Made by a program: the position numbers and the translations under genes. A model generated the notes under the pieces. The model had not been told where the DNA came from. It searched no databases and was given only the letters and a program-made list of their open reading frames with translations. Below are positions 1 through 9,700 of a DNA stretch of 46,407 bases, piece after piece. Numbering within the stretch: the stretch's first letter is position 1; each line of letters begins with the position of its first letter. Source of the stretch: Parcubacteria group bacterium (GTDB lineage: Bacteria; Patescibacteriota; Patescibacteriia; UBA1558; GWA2-36-10); the NCBI GenBank assembly GCA_003104935.1, contig PQAE01000011.1, positions 1-46,407 on the forward strand. Direction: 5' to 3'.

Positions 1-303
<303 letters not shown>

Positions 304-340
304 CTAAAAACTTTGAAATTTTTTCACGCAAGTGATTTAA

Positions 341-466
341 ATGAATTTGTTCATGGACATTAAAAAGTCGATGACCGGAACGGTGAAAATCGTTTTGGTC
401 TTCATTGTACTAATTTTATTTTTAGGATTGGTGTTCGCACTGACTCCTCTAAGTAAATTAACATAA
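341..466 (+). CDS. putative 41-aa single-TM small protein in the 23S-5S spacer
   Basis: Manual translation MNLFMDIKKSMTGTVKIVLVFIVLILFLGLVFALTPLSKLT*; basic N-region followed by a hydrophobic stretch; below ORF-track cutoff. Confidence 0.35.
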   Translation: MNLFMDIKKSMTGTVKIVLVFIVLILFLGLVFALTPLSKLT

Positions 467-497
467 AAACAGTGCTTACTCGGTAAGAGGGCATTGT

Positions 498-613
498 TCT
501 CGTGATGCTAGCGGACTGGTCACACCTGATCCCATTCCGAACTCAGCAGTTAAGCAGTCCAGCGCCGATGGTAGTATTCCTTAAGGGGATGCGAGAGTAG
601 GTCGTCGCGAGAA
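498..613 (+). rRNA. rrf: 5S rRNA
   Basis: CACACCTGATCCCATTCCGAACTCAG, GCCGATGGTAGT, GAGAGTAGGTCGTCGC; ends pair (TTCTCG/CGAGAA); flanking stem GGGCAT/ATGCCC. Confidence 0.96.
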
Positions 614-709
614 CTATGCCCTGTTCCTGAAAAGTAGCGCTGTTTTTTTGTTTCATAAAAAAGGAGGCAGATTGTGATCTGTCTCCTTTTCTTTTCCGGG
701 CGAGCTCGT

Positions 710-862
710 CTAGAGGGGTTTAAAGTTCTTGCGGCCGCGCGTCGTGCGGCAAAGCTGTTCCTTTTTCAGGCGCCGGAGAATTTTCTCCATGTTGGAGAAA
801 CGGCGCAATATGTAGCGCCGCAACTCCTGGGGAGTGAAATTCACTCGGGTATAAGTGTTCAT
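710..862 (-). CDS. small basic hypothetical protein (50 aa)
   Basis: Manual translation MNTYTRVNFTPQELRRYILRRFSNMEKILRRLKKEQLCRTTRGRKNFKPL*, preceded by AAGGAG SD. Confidence 0.5.
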   Translation of the reverse strand: MNTYTRVNFTPQELRRYILRRFSNMEKILRRLKKEQLCRTTRGRKNFKPL

Positions 863-965
863 TACACGCTCCTTGACTGGCAGTGGCTACTGGGGATGAT
901 ACGTTTGACGTAAGTATTATAGTATAGTCGGATTTTTTTAAAGAGTTTTTTCTACTAGGTTTCGA

Positions 966-1127
966 CTATTTATAATTAATTTTTTTATCAGTTATAAATA
1001 CTTTGTTTTTTTTGAGAATTGGATTAACAATGGTTGCATTGTCTGCCATGACAACTTCAATGTTGCTCATTTTTTTGCTGGTTTTTGATATTTTTGTCAG
1101 TTTTTCGATAAAATATTTGAGTTTCAT
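966..1127 (-). CDS. small hypothetical protein (53 aa) downstream of the DpnI-like gene
   Basis: MKLKYFIEKLTKISKTSKKMSNIEVVMADNATIVNPILKKNKVFITDKKINYK*; starts 8 nt after the DpnI stop, same strand. Confidence 0.5.
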   Translation of the reverse strand: MKLKYFIEKLTKISKTSKKMSNIEVVMADNATIVNPILKKNKVFITDKKINYK

Positions 1128-1134
1128 AAACTTG

Positions 1135-1908
1135 TTAATTAATCAATCTATATTTTCCTTTAGCAATAAAATCTAAATATCCTTTATCTCTTAAAATTTG
1201 TAATTGTTGCCTGATTTTATCTTTAATGTGTTTATTATTTGGATGTAATTTGTCTAAATCCTTTTCAAACTTATACAAATCGTTTAGAGTAAATTTTTTC
1301 ATAGCCAATCTATCAATACAGAGCATTGTGTCTAACAGCCATCCTTTAGCGGAAAACTCTTTTTCCTCCCTCAAAAATAGTGTTTTTTTCCATTCAGACA
1401 AAACTTTATTTTTTGGCTCTGCTCGCCTATTTTTAATAAGGAATATTTTTCCAATTGTCGGTATACTGTTGAGCAATATGTTACAACCAACCCAACCCGC
1501 ACGGCGGGCCGTCGAGGCTAAGGGTATTCGTTTTTCTATTATTTCCGGTATAAAAAAATGTTTTGGAATAACCAGAAGGTTTTGTACGTTGAAATTTTGT
1601 AAATCATAGTTAAGTATAAAAAGGTTTGGGTTGTGGCTTTCCCGCAGTCTTTCAATCATTGTCCGAAATGCGCCGTCAGCAATTTTTTTACCAATGGATT
1701 CTTTTTTGCTTTTTAATTCATAATCTTCTTTGCAACTTGAACAAAAAAAGTCGGCGACTGGCCTATTGTTGCCGTATTTATCAAGTTCTGCGTGCCCACA
1801 ACTAGGACAGTAGACTTGATTATCTACCCAATGTTCAGTTAATACTCTAATTTTTTGAGAAGGGCTAGCATACCTTTCTGCTAGGCTTGTTTTGAAAGAT
1901 AGATGCAT
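1135..1908 (-). CDS. dpnI: DpnI/Dam-replacing family methyl-directed restriction endonuclease
   Basis: SQKIRVLTEHWV, CPSCG..NNRPVADFFC..C zinc motifs, YELKSK, RRAGWVGCNI, C-terminal winged helix HPNNKHIKDKIRQQLQILRD. Confidence 0.9.
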   Translation of the reverse strand: MHLSFKTSLAERYASPSQKIRVLTEHWVDNQVYCPSCGHAELDKYGNNRPVADFFCSSCKEDYELKSKKESIGKKIADGAFRTMIERLRESHNPNLFILNYDLQNFNVQNLLVIPKHFFIPEIIEKRIPLASTARRAGWVGCNILLNSIPTIGKIFLIKNRRAEPKNKVLSEWKKTLFLREEKEFSAKGWLLDTMLCIDRLAMKKFTLNDLYKFEKDLDKLHPNNKHIKDKIRQQLQILRDKGYLDFIAKGKYRLIN

Positions 1909-2037
1909 TTAATCTTCAATAGTATGGTTTAATTTTCATAAAACTATAAACATTTTGGCACTTTTTAGACAAAAAGTAAAGCATAAAATTGGCATTGAGG
2001 AGTTGTTTTTAGGCAGTCTTTTTGCTAAGCTTAAAAC

Positions 2038-3309
2038 ATGCGAAAAATCATAGACCTGCATATACATTCCAAGTATTCCCGGGCTACATCCAAACATTTT
2101 GACTTAGCTAATATGGTCAAGTGGGCCGAGATCAAAGGCGTAGATATTATCTCCTGCGCTGATTTTACACACCCGGTTTGGTCTAAGGTTTTGCAGGATA
2201 ATTTAATAGAAGATCAACCGGGTAGCGGGATTTATAAATTAAGAAATAGTCAGACTGCAGTAAGATTTTTATTAGCCACAGAAGTTTCTTGTATTTACAG
2301 CCAGGGCGGACAGACCAGGAGATTACATCTTTGCGTCTTGATGCCATCCCTGGAAGCAGTGGCAAAGTTTAATAAATTACTTACTGTGGCCGGCGGTAAA
2401 CTCGGCTCAGATGGCCGACCGATTTTAGGAATGAGTGCCAAACAAGTTTTGCGCATTATGCTGGAAGCCGATCCGCGGAGCCTGATGATACCGGCTCATG
2501 CCTGGACACCGTGGTTTGCCGTGTTTGGATCCAAGTCCGGCTTTAATTCTCTGACGGAATGTTTTGAAGAACTGACGTCGCACATCCGAGCCATAGAGAC
2601 CGGCCTATCATCCGATCCGGCGATGAATTGGCAGTGGTCTGATCTGGATAATATCACCCTGATTTCCAACTCTGATGCCCACTCCGGCCCCCACATCGGC
2701 CGGGAAGCCAACGTGATGGATCTGGAGGAGGTTACATATCAGGAAATAGCGGATATTATTACCAAAAAAGACCGGAAAAAATTTTTATACACTATTGAGT
2801 TCTATCCGGAAGAAGGGATGTATCACTGGGACGGCCATCGGCTCTGCAATTTTAGCTGCAGCCCGGCCGACACCAAGAAAAAATACAAGGGAATTTGCCC
2901 CCAGTGTAAAAAGCCATTGACCATCGGTGTTTTAAATCAAGTCGATAAATTAGCGGACCGACCGCTGGGGTCTGAAAAGACCTCTAAACACATTCCCTAC
3001 AAAAGTATTATCCCTTTGCCGGACATTATCGCCGATTTTTATAATATCAATCGCAGTAGTAAGAAAGTGGACGCACTATTTCAAGATATTATCTCACGAG
3101 CGGGCAATGAGTTCAAAGTACTTTTGGACTTGGGCGCGGAGGATCTAAGGAAACTGATGCCCGAAAGTCTGGCCGTCGGGCTTATCCGTAGTCGAGAAAA
3201 TAAGATCAAGCTCATCCCGGGATTTGACGGTCAATACGGCCGGGCGGAAATATTTTCCCCGACGGAGAAGAAAGAGGCGAAGCTAAATAAACAGGAGAGT
3301 TTGTTTTAA
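2038..3309 (+). CDS. Endonuclease Q family (PHP domain plus Zn finger)
   Basis: DLHIHSKYS, PAHAWTPW, ETGLSSD, SNSDAHS, DGHRLC..CPQC, PGFDGQYG. Confidence 0.88.
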   Translation: MRKIIDLHIHSKYSRATSKHFDLANMVKWAEIKGVDIISCADFTHPVWSKVLQDNLIEDQPGSGIYKLRNSQTAVRFLLATEVSCIYSQGGQTRRLHLCVLMPSLEAVAKFNKLLTVAGGKLGSDGRPILGMSAKQVLRIMLEADPRSLMIPAHAWTPWFAVFGSKSGFNSLTECFEELTSHIRAIETGLSSDPAMNWQWSDLDNITLISNSDAHSGPHIGREANVMDLEEVTYQEIADIITKKDRKKFLYTIEFYPEEGMYHWDGHRLCNFSCSPADTKKKYKGICPQCKKPLTIGVLNQVDKLADRPLGSEKTSKHIPYKSIIPLPDIIADFYNINRSSKKVDALFQDIISRAGNEFKVLLDLGAEDLRKLMPESLAVGLIRSRENKIKLIPGFDGQYGRAEIFSPTEKKEAKLNKQESLF

Positions 3310-3364
3310 TCATTATTTGTTTGGCCCGCGGCCGCGCTCAGCGCGGCCGCGAGCTTTATTTAAT

Positions 3365-3408
3365 AAATAAAAAAAGACCCCCTTACTCCACTGGGTGTAA
3401 AGGGATCT
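3365..3408 (-). terminator. intrinsic terminator after the small basic ORF
   Basis: Minus-strand imperfect hairpin GATCCCTTTAC..GTAAGGGGGTC followed by a T-run. Confidence 0.6.
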
Positions 3409-3427
3409 CTAATGCTTCAAAAATAGC

Positions 3428-3511
3428 TTATTTCCTACTCTTTTTTCTCTTATGAGTCTTTCTTTTAGCTACCTTTTTAACCTTTTTAGCTTTCTTTCTC
3501 TTTTTTGCCAC
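3428..3511 (-). CDS. 27-aa Lys/Arg-rich peptide
   Basis: GTG start preceded by a perfect SD AAAGGAGGT; (M)AKKRKKAKKVKKVAKRKTHKRKKSRK*; terminator downstream. Confidence 0.7.
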   Translation of the reverse strand: MAKKRKKAKKVKKVAKRKTHKRKKSRK

Positions 3512-3554
3512 GTTCTCCACCTCCTTTCAAATTCCTATTTTTTATTTTAATTAT

Positions 3555-3812
3555 TTATGTTGGCTGGATTCTAAAAACGGTCTTAAAAAACCAGCGTAGT
3601 ATGGGTTCGGTCTGATTCGTCATGTATAAGAGGGCACCGATAATAATGATCGTGCCGATTAGCTTGTAGGCCAGGCGACTACCGCCTTCTCCACCCAAAT
3701 GCTGTTCGGCAAATCCGATACGACCGAAGTTGTATAAGAACCATTCTGTTTTCCAAACGAAGACAAAGCCGATTAATGTAAATATAGTTCCGACGATTAT
3801 TCTTCCTAGCAT
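3555..3812 (-). CDS. small 2-TM membrane protein
   Basis: ORF track; two hydrophobic helices around GRIGFAEQHLGGEGGSR. Confidence 0.75.
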   Translation of the reverse strand: MLGRIIVGTIFTLIGFVFVWKTEWFLYNFGRIGFAEQHLGGEGGSRLAYKLIGTIIIIGALLYMTNQTEPILRWFFKTVFRIQPT

Positions 3813-4093
3813 AGTCTGACAATCTCTAGCTAGAATTATAGCACATTTTTAAAATGTTGAGAATACCCCGAACAAATTTTTGTGAAAATTTTGCAAGGCA
3901 AGGCTCTAGTGGAATGATTTTTCGGTAAATTTTTTGTCTGAGTGAGGTAGGTCGGCAATTATTTGTAAAAAAATATCAATTTATTATCTGTTTAATAGTA
4001 TTTTTGGAAAACAAAAAAACAATTTTGGGAAATTGTCTTTGGAAATAATATTTGTGGCTTAGCCATCCGTAGCTCAGGCAGTGAGCGAAGGAT

Positions 4094-4120
4094 AGTGGAC
4101 AGCAAGGGATTTGAACGCCT
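4094..4120 (-). pseudogene. tRNA 3' fragment (T-loop plus acceptor strand)
   Basis: Minus strand reads GGCGTTCAAATCCCTTGCTGTCCACT; no D-arm or anticodon arm upstream; followed by palindrome ATCCTTCGCTC..GAGCTACGGAT. Confidence 0.45.
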
Positions 4121-4179
4121 AACTCCTCGACTCTGTAAAGACGCCTAGTGTTTATGGGGCAAATGTAAATATGTTATTC

Positions 4180-4256
4180 TGGTGGGCGCTTGGGGATTCG
4201 AACCCTAGACCTTCTCGGTGTAAACGAGACGCTCTAACCAGCTGAGCTAAGCGCCC
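4180..4256 (-). tRNA. tRNA-Val(TAC)
   Basis: Full cloverleaf GGGCGCTTAGCTCAGCTGG..TTTACAC..GTTCGAATCCCCAAGCGCCCACCA. Confidence 0.95.
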
Positions 4257-4257
4257 A

Positions 4258-4472
4258 TGGTGGACTATATCCCGCCACGGCGGGATGACCTCCGCGTTGC
4301 CTGCCCGCCATTGTCATCGGCTGGTGGAGATAGCCGGACTTGAACCGGCGACCTTCTGCTTGCAAAGCAGGTGCTCTACCAATTGAGCTATATCCCCGAC
4401 AGGCGATGGCAGGCGGGCAAACGCGGCGCTCCCTGCCTACCGGCAGGCAGGTACCAACTAAGCTAACAGCCC
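4258..4472 (-). pseudogene. split outer tRNA-Ala containing a nested tRNA and palindromic insertions
   Basis: Acceptor GGGCTGT/ATAGTCC-ACCA with G3:U70; 20-bp palindrome in D-loop (4432-4451); anticodon loop interrupted by 4300-4417; T-arm replaced by hairpin ATCCCGCCGTGGCGGGAT (4269-4286). Confidence 0.85.
4322..4397 (-). tRNA. tRNA-Ala(TGC), intact, nested
   Basis: GGGGATATAGCTCAATTGGTAGAGCACCTGCTTTGCAAGCAGAAGGTCGCCGGTTCAAGTCCGGCTATCTCCACCA. Confidence 0.95.
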
Positions 4473-4518
4473 ACGATTTGACCTGCCCCGCCCGCGGGCG
4501 GGACAAGCCCCGAATAAA

Positions 4519-4604
4519 TGGTGGGCGGAGAGGGACTTGAACCCTCACAGGATTGCTCCCACAGGCACCTCAAGCCTGCGTGTATACCATTTCACCACCC
4601 GCCC
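4519..4604 (-). tRNA. tRNA-Leu(GAG)
   Basis: Cloverleaf with long variable arm; anticodon arm CAGGC-TTGAGGT-GCCTG; CCA end. Confidence 0.94.
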
Positions 4605-4679
4605 GTAACTACACGCCCGCCAAAGGCGCGGCGTAGATACCAATTTTATTATTTGTCATCATTTTTTTGGAAGCGGTCA

Positions 4680-4724
4680 TCCCGCCAAAGGCGGGACGCG
4701 TCTACCAAGTTTCGCCATTCGCCC
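4680..4724 (-). pseudogene. 5' fragment of a Leu-like tRNA ending at a palindrome
   Basis: GGGCGAATGGCGAAACTTGGTAGACGCG followed by TCCCGCCTTTGGCGGGA where the anticodon arm should be. Confidence 0.7.
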
Positions 4725-4732
4725 TCTTGGTT

Positions 4733-5113
4733 TTATATTTTGACTTCCTTGAGTTTTTTGGAAAAATGACGGAGATAACCCAGATTTGCCCGACGGACCT
4801 CTGCCTTTTTGACGGCCTCAATCTTAGCTATTGAGGGAGAGTGTAGAGGAAATATTTTTTCTACCCCAATACCGTCAGATATTTTGCGGACAGTAATAGT
4901 AGCACCTATCTCGCGACTGTGTCTTTTGGTCAAAATCATGCCTTCATAGACCTGGATTCTTTCCTTGTCTTCGCCTTTAGACCCTTTTTCCTTGATTTTT
5001 TCGTGCACGCGAACAGTCATTCCTGGTTTAAGATCATTCACCGGGTAAGCCGTATCCTTTTTAGCGGTCTTAGCCTTTACTTCTTTTTCAGAATGTTTTT
5101 TATCCTCGCTCAT
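4733..5113 (-). CDS. rplS: 50S ribosomal protein L19
   Basis: PGMTVRVHEKIKE..KERIQVYEG, TITVRKISDGIGVEKIFPLHSP, VRRANLGYLR. Confidence 0.97.
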   Translation of the reverse strand: MSEDKKHSEKEVKAKTAKKDTAYPVNDLKPGMTVRVHEKIKEKGSKGEDKERIQVYEGMILTKRHSREIGATITVRKISDGIGVEKIFPLHSPSIAKIEAVKKAEVRRANLGYLRHFSKKLKEVKI

Positions 5114-5194
5114 TTCTTTGTTTATTATATCTTATAAAAAAAGCCATTATAGCAATAATGACTACCATATTCTAACGTTATTTGTGCCTTTTGT

Positions 5195-5227
5195 CAACCC
5201 CGTTAGAGACAATGCCTCTAACGGGGT
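5195..5227. repeat. palindromic repeat of the CCCGTTAGAG..CTCTAACGGG family
   Basis: AACCCCGTTAGAGACAATGCCTCTAACGGGGT; related copies near 21437-21506, 25590-25622 and 26140-26206. Confidence 0.75.
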
Positions 5228-5256
5228 CAACCCTGTTAAATAGTTCAATTACATCT

Positions 5257-5823
5257 CTATTTAACCTCTTTTTTGATTATTTTCAGCAACCTTGCCAGGG
5301 TCTGCTCAAAGCGGCCATTATAGTTTTTAATTTGGTAATCAAAATATGGGGCTTGGCTTATTTCTTTAGCCGCAGTGCGCAAACGAATATTTTTTACTCT
5401 GCGAGGAGTGCCACGCTGTTCCAAACGGCGGGCTAAAAACGTCAGACTATCGGGCAGGATGAAGATACTAACAGTATTAGCTAGTTTTTTACGGATGAGA
5501 TTAGCGCCTTGGACGTCAATATTTATCAAAACATGGTGTTTCTTCAGATGACGTTTCAGGGTAGCGGCGTCAGTGCCGTAGTAGTTATTGTAAACCTCAG
5601 CCCATTCTAATAATTTCCCGTTCAGGATCAGTTTTTTAAACTCAGTTCGGGTGACGTAGTGCATTATTTTATCCTCCGACATTTTGGTTCTTTTGGGCCG
5701 GGTAGTGTAGGTAGTGCTGGGCCGGAAGTTTTTTAGTTTTTTTAAAATTGCTTTAGCCAGAGAGCTTTTACCCACAGCCGAAGGGCCGGTGATTATAAAT
5801 GGCCGGTATATTTTGGCAATCAT
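5257..5823 (-). CDS. gmk: guanylate kinase
   Basis: P-loop GPSAVGKS, TTRPKR, LEWAEVYNNYYGT, IDVQGA. Confidence 0.93.
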   Translation of the reverse strand: MIAKIYRPFIITGPSAVGKSSLAKAILKKLKNFRPSTTYTTRPKRTKMSEDKIMHYVTRTEFKKLILNGKLLEWAEVYNNYYGTDAATLKRHLKKHHVLINIDVQGANLIRKKLANTVSIFILPDSLTFLARRLEQRGTPRRVKNIRLRTAAKEISQAPYFDYQIKNYNGRFEQTLARLLKIIKKEVK

Positions 5824-5829
5824 AAAATA

Positions 5830-6744
5830 TTATTTTAGGGTCAAAAGGAATTTTTTTAATTCAAGAGGTAGGGCCGAATGATAGCGCATTTTTTTTCCCT
5901 GCAAGTCACAAAATTCCAAGGTAGCGGAATGCAGAAATATCCTCTGATCCAGAGTTTTTTTCTTCTTGCGCAGGTCCCTGGTCTGATAAAGTTTATCGCC
6001 GACTACCGAGTGTCCGATGCTAAAGAGGTGGGCGCGGATTTGGTGGGTGCGGCCGGTCATAATCTGTACCTTGAGCAAGCTAAAGTTGAAAAATCTTTGT
6101 TCAATCTGGTAAGTAGTGTAGGCCTCCCGCGCCAGCGGATCACTAGCGACTACCTTCATCAGGCCGGTTTTTTTGTTGCGTACCAAACCGGTTTTTATCT
6201 CCCCGTCATCGTTTAGCATCCGTCCATGGACCAGTACGGTATACTCTTTTTTTACCTTTCTATCCTGGAATTGTTTTTTGATATTAGTAAAAGATTTTTG
6301 GTTCAGGGCTACGACCATCAGTCCCGAAGCCTCACGATCCAGACGGTGAACGATTCCCGGACGACTGTGGTCATCACCGACTTTTTTTAAGTCGGGGAAT
6401 TTTTTTAGTAGCCATTGTACCAGGGTATTGGTTTCTTTTTTGTCGGTCGGATGGACCAGGAGGCCGGAGGGCTTATTAATTATTAGATAATCTTTAGTCT
6501 GGCCAATAATTTTCGGCTCGATAATATGCTCGCTAATTTTTTCTTTATTAACCGTGTTGTGAAAGCTGATCTTATCTCCCGGTTTAAGCCAGTGGTGGAC
6601 GGAAGAAATCTGTCCATTAAGCAGAACTTGTCCGCTTAAGATTTTTTTTTGTATCTGACTGCGGCTAAGAGTAGAAATTTGGGATTGCAAAAATTTATCC
6701 AATCTTTCTTTTCCGGTATTTTGATAGATAAATATTTTTTTCAT
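5830..6744 (-). CDS. RluA/RluD-family pseudouridine synthase with S4 domain
   Basis: RLDKFL S4 domain, INKPSGLLVHP, GIVHRLD, TGRTHQIRAH; start placed at 6744 (ATGA overlap with upstream stop). Confidence 0.93.
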   Translation of the reverse strand: MKKIFIYQNTGKERLDKFLQSQISTLSRSQIQKKILSGQVLLNGQISSVHHWLKPGDKISFHNTVNKEKISEHIIEPKIIGQTKDYLIINKPSGLLVHPTDKKETNTLVQWLLKKFPDLKKVGDDHSRPGIVHRLDREASGLMVVALNQKSFTNIKKQFQDRKVKKEYTVLVHGRMLNDDGEIKTGLVRNKKTGLMKVVASDPLAREAYTTYQIEQRFFNFSLLKVQIMTGRTHQIRAHLFSIGHSVVGDKLYQTRDLRKKKKTLDQRIFLHSATLEFCDLQGKKMRYHSALPLELKKFLLTLK

Positions 6745-9700
6745 CGATTTATCCACGCCTCAATAGTCCCATTGCCCGAGGGGTTATAACCACTCCTAAT
6801 CTCTAAGCCATCGCTATAGTGATCGCCGTCAGTATCTGGGTTGTTGGGGTTAGTCAGCCAGACCTTAGTTTCTTCGTAATTGGATAGGCCATCACCGTCG
6901 CTATCCGTCAGATCTCCCAGGCTACCAGGACTAGCTCCTAATAATTCTGCCTCCGTGACACCAGGTCGAAAGCTAGCTAAGGGTTTTTCCAGACTGATAA
7001 TATCATAACCATCAGTGTAATTGTCGAGATTATTCAGGGCGATAGCATTGTTGGGATCAAACCGGTTCAGTTTTAAAACACTAATGCTAGTAAACTTTCT
7101 TTTTTTATTAGCCACCAGATAAAAGTAATTGTTATTATATTTAGCCAAAACACCGTTGGGCCAAGTTCTATCTAGGGGGGCGCCAATTAGGTAAGAAGTA
7201 GAGAAAAATCCCGGGATTACATCCTGTACTTGAGACATCCAGTTGTTGCCATACAGACTACCGGCCAGCGCGGCCGTCAATACATGCCTTAAAACGCCAC
7301 CCGGCTCCACAGCATATATTTTGGAAGTATCGGGGTGCGTAATCAGCTTGGTGCCGGCTCGGTAGGGCATGACCCCGCCGTTAGCATAAGTATCTAATTT
7401 TGTCAGACTCACTCTTTGCACCTTATTAAAATCACTGTACCAGGTAGAGTAAGTCTTAGAATCAGGAAAAACATACTTCTTTCCGTTATTAGCAATGTAG
7501 TATACAGCCGCTCCTTTCACTCCTTGCAGAGCCAAAAGGGCACCGGTATCAAGGTTGTCAATTCCCTGGGTTGGCGGCGGTGGCGTGACCGCACTACAGC
7601 TTTGTGTCAAAGGCGGTCGCCCACTAGTAGTGCCGCAGTTATTACTATCGGCGCAGGTTTTAGTTTGGGTATTATTGACGCAAGCTGACCAAGCGGAGCA
7701 AATCCAATTTGGTGTACAATTTGGCGGCGGTGGCGTGACCGCACTACAGCTTTGTGTCAAAGGCGGTCGCCCACTAGTAGTGCCGCAGTTATTACTATCG
7801 GCGCAGGTTTTAGTTTGGGTATTATTGACGCAAGCGCTCCAATCACCACATTGCCAATTAGGTGTACAAAGCACGACGCAGGCCTGCGTCAGAGCCGGGC
7901 GATTATTGGTAGTGCCGCAGTTGTTGAGGTCAGTGCAGGTCCGGGACTGGGTATTATTGGCGCAAGCTGACCAATCTGAGCAGGACCAGTTTTCAATACA
8001 AGGCAAGGCGGTTGACTCGATAGCGCCGATATCCGGACCATTACCGATAAAATTATCGTTTATTCCGGGTAAAAGCACCCCACTATCAATCAGAGGACTT
8101 CCGTTTATAGGAGTAAAATCATTAGCGCCGGGATTAGCCAGTTTGGGATTAAGCGATTGGCCATGGCTCTCCTGATTGCTAGCCGACTTAAATAAAGCCA
8201 GAGTGGTATAAGGCGTATTTGTCCAGACAGTAAAACGGCAATTTTGGCCGCAGAGACTCTGGCGGTCGGTAAATAAACTGTCGTAATCCATGTCTAAAGT
8301 TATCGGCGGGTTGCTGTGGCTAGTGTTGATATCTTCAAAAACATAGCCCTCGCCCCAGCCAGAGCTCTCGTTACCGCTAGAATAAAAAACGTTGTTGCGT
8401 AATATGGCTTTGAGACCAAAGGACGTTCTCCAGATGCGAAACAGGGCCATAAAGTCAGCGGTGCGATTATAGACGGTATTATGGAAAACTAGGGTTTGAC
8501 CGATCGAGGTTTGGATATCCACATTGTATTTTAAGGCACTCTGAAAAATATCGGATAAAATATTACGCACTACCCAGGTCGGGCCGATGCTTACCGGAGC
8601 TAAAGATATTCCGGACTGGGCGGCAGTGGCGCGGGCCACCCGATATACTTTATTATTAAATATGCGTAGATTGATATTTGCTCCCTCCGGCTCGATCGCA
8701 TCATCGCCGATGTCATAGAGGTTGTTATCATTAATATCGCTTTCCTTATTAAAATTCACATTAGCTAAATCCCAAAAAATACTCATCATAATACCGTTAA
8801 AAACATCATTAATAGTATTACGGCGAACGATATTACTGCGTCCGGCAAACAGGGTTATGCCGTCACTTTCTACATCATTGAGTTTCACCGAAGACCAGGG
8901 CCACTCCGACACCTTGGAGTCGTAAATTTTATTATTCTGTATCAGGTTGCCGTAAACCATAGCGCCGTTGGCAGTATTTTCGCCTAGCATTACACCAGAA
9001 CCGTTATGGTGTAGTATATTTTTTTCTACCGTATTATCATGACTACCGACATTGGTACCGAAAAAATGTATACCAATATGATTAAAGGCGATATCAAAAC
9101 CGCGAATGACAACATTGCTAACGTCAGTCATCTTAATTCCCGAACTGTTGCGTTTGACAACATGCATGACGTGACTATCCGGGTCATCGCTGTTGGGCAG
9201 CTTGATGTATAGGCGTTTTTTAGAACTATCGTACCAGTAACCACCGCTAACATTTGAAGCGCAACAACCGGTAGCGCAGTTTGAAGAACAATATAGGCCG
9301 TTGATAAAATTGCTAAAAGTTTGGACGGAACTATTGTAGGGATAATACCAGTAGGCGTAAATTTTTTCGTTTGCCATAGCCACATAGATCGGATTATCTG
9401 CTCCGGCCGTCCAGGAATCTAGGGTGGTATAATACACGCCGGCATTGGCCGGAATGTGATCGTCGGGTAGCCAGTTGTCCTTGGTGTCGATGACGGCCAA
9501 CTCAGCTTCTCCGCCCTCTATTTTTGCAGGATTAGCGCCGGGATTAGTGGCCTGTTGAGCGGATTCAAATATGATTGGGCTATTACTGGTGCCGGAACGG
9601 GAAATAATAATATTTTCATTGTAGGTGCCGGACTGGACCAAAATCCGGTCGCCGGCCTGAGAAATATTGGCGGCATGCTGGATGGTTTTTAGCGGCGACG

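Noticed and set aside
674-913. 79-aa plus-strand ORF
   Set aside because: The minus-strand ORF 710-862 has a clear SD and fits better.
4234-4769. ORFs overlapping the tRNA cluster (also 34665-35110)
   Set aside because: Translations of tRNA and palindrome sequence.
7571-7995. CRISPR-like repeats
   Set aside because: In-frame coding repeats with no unique spacers; no CRISPR array or cas gene seen in the window.
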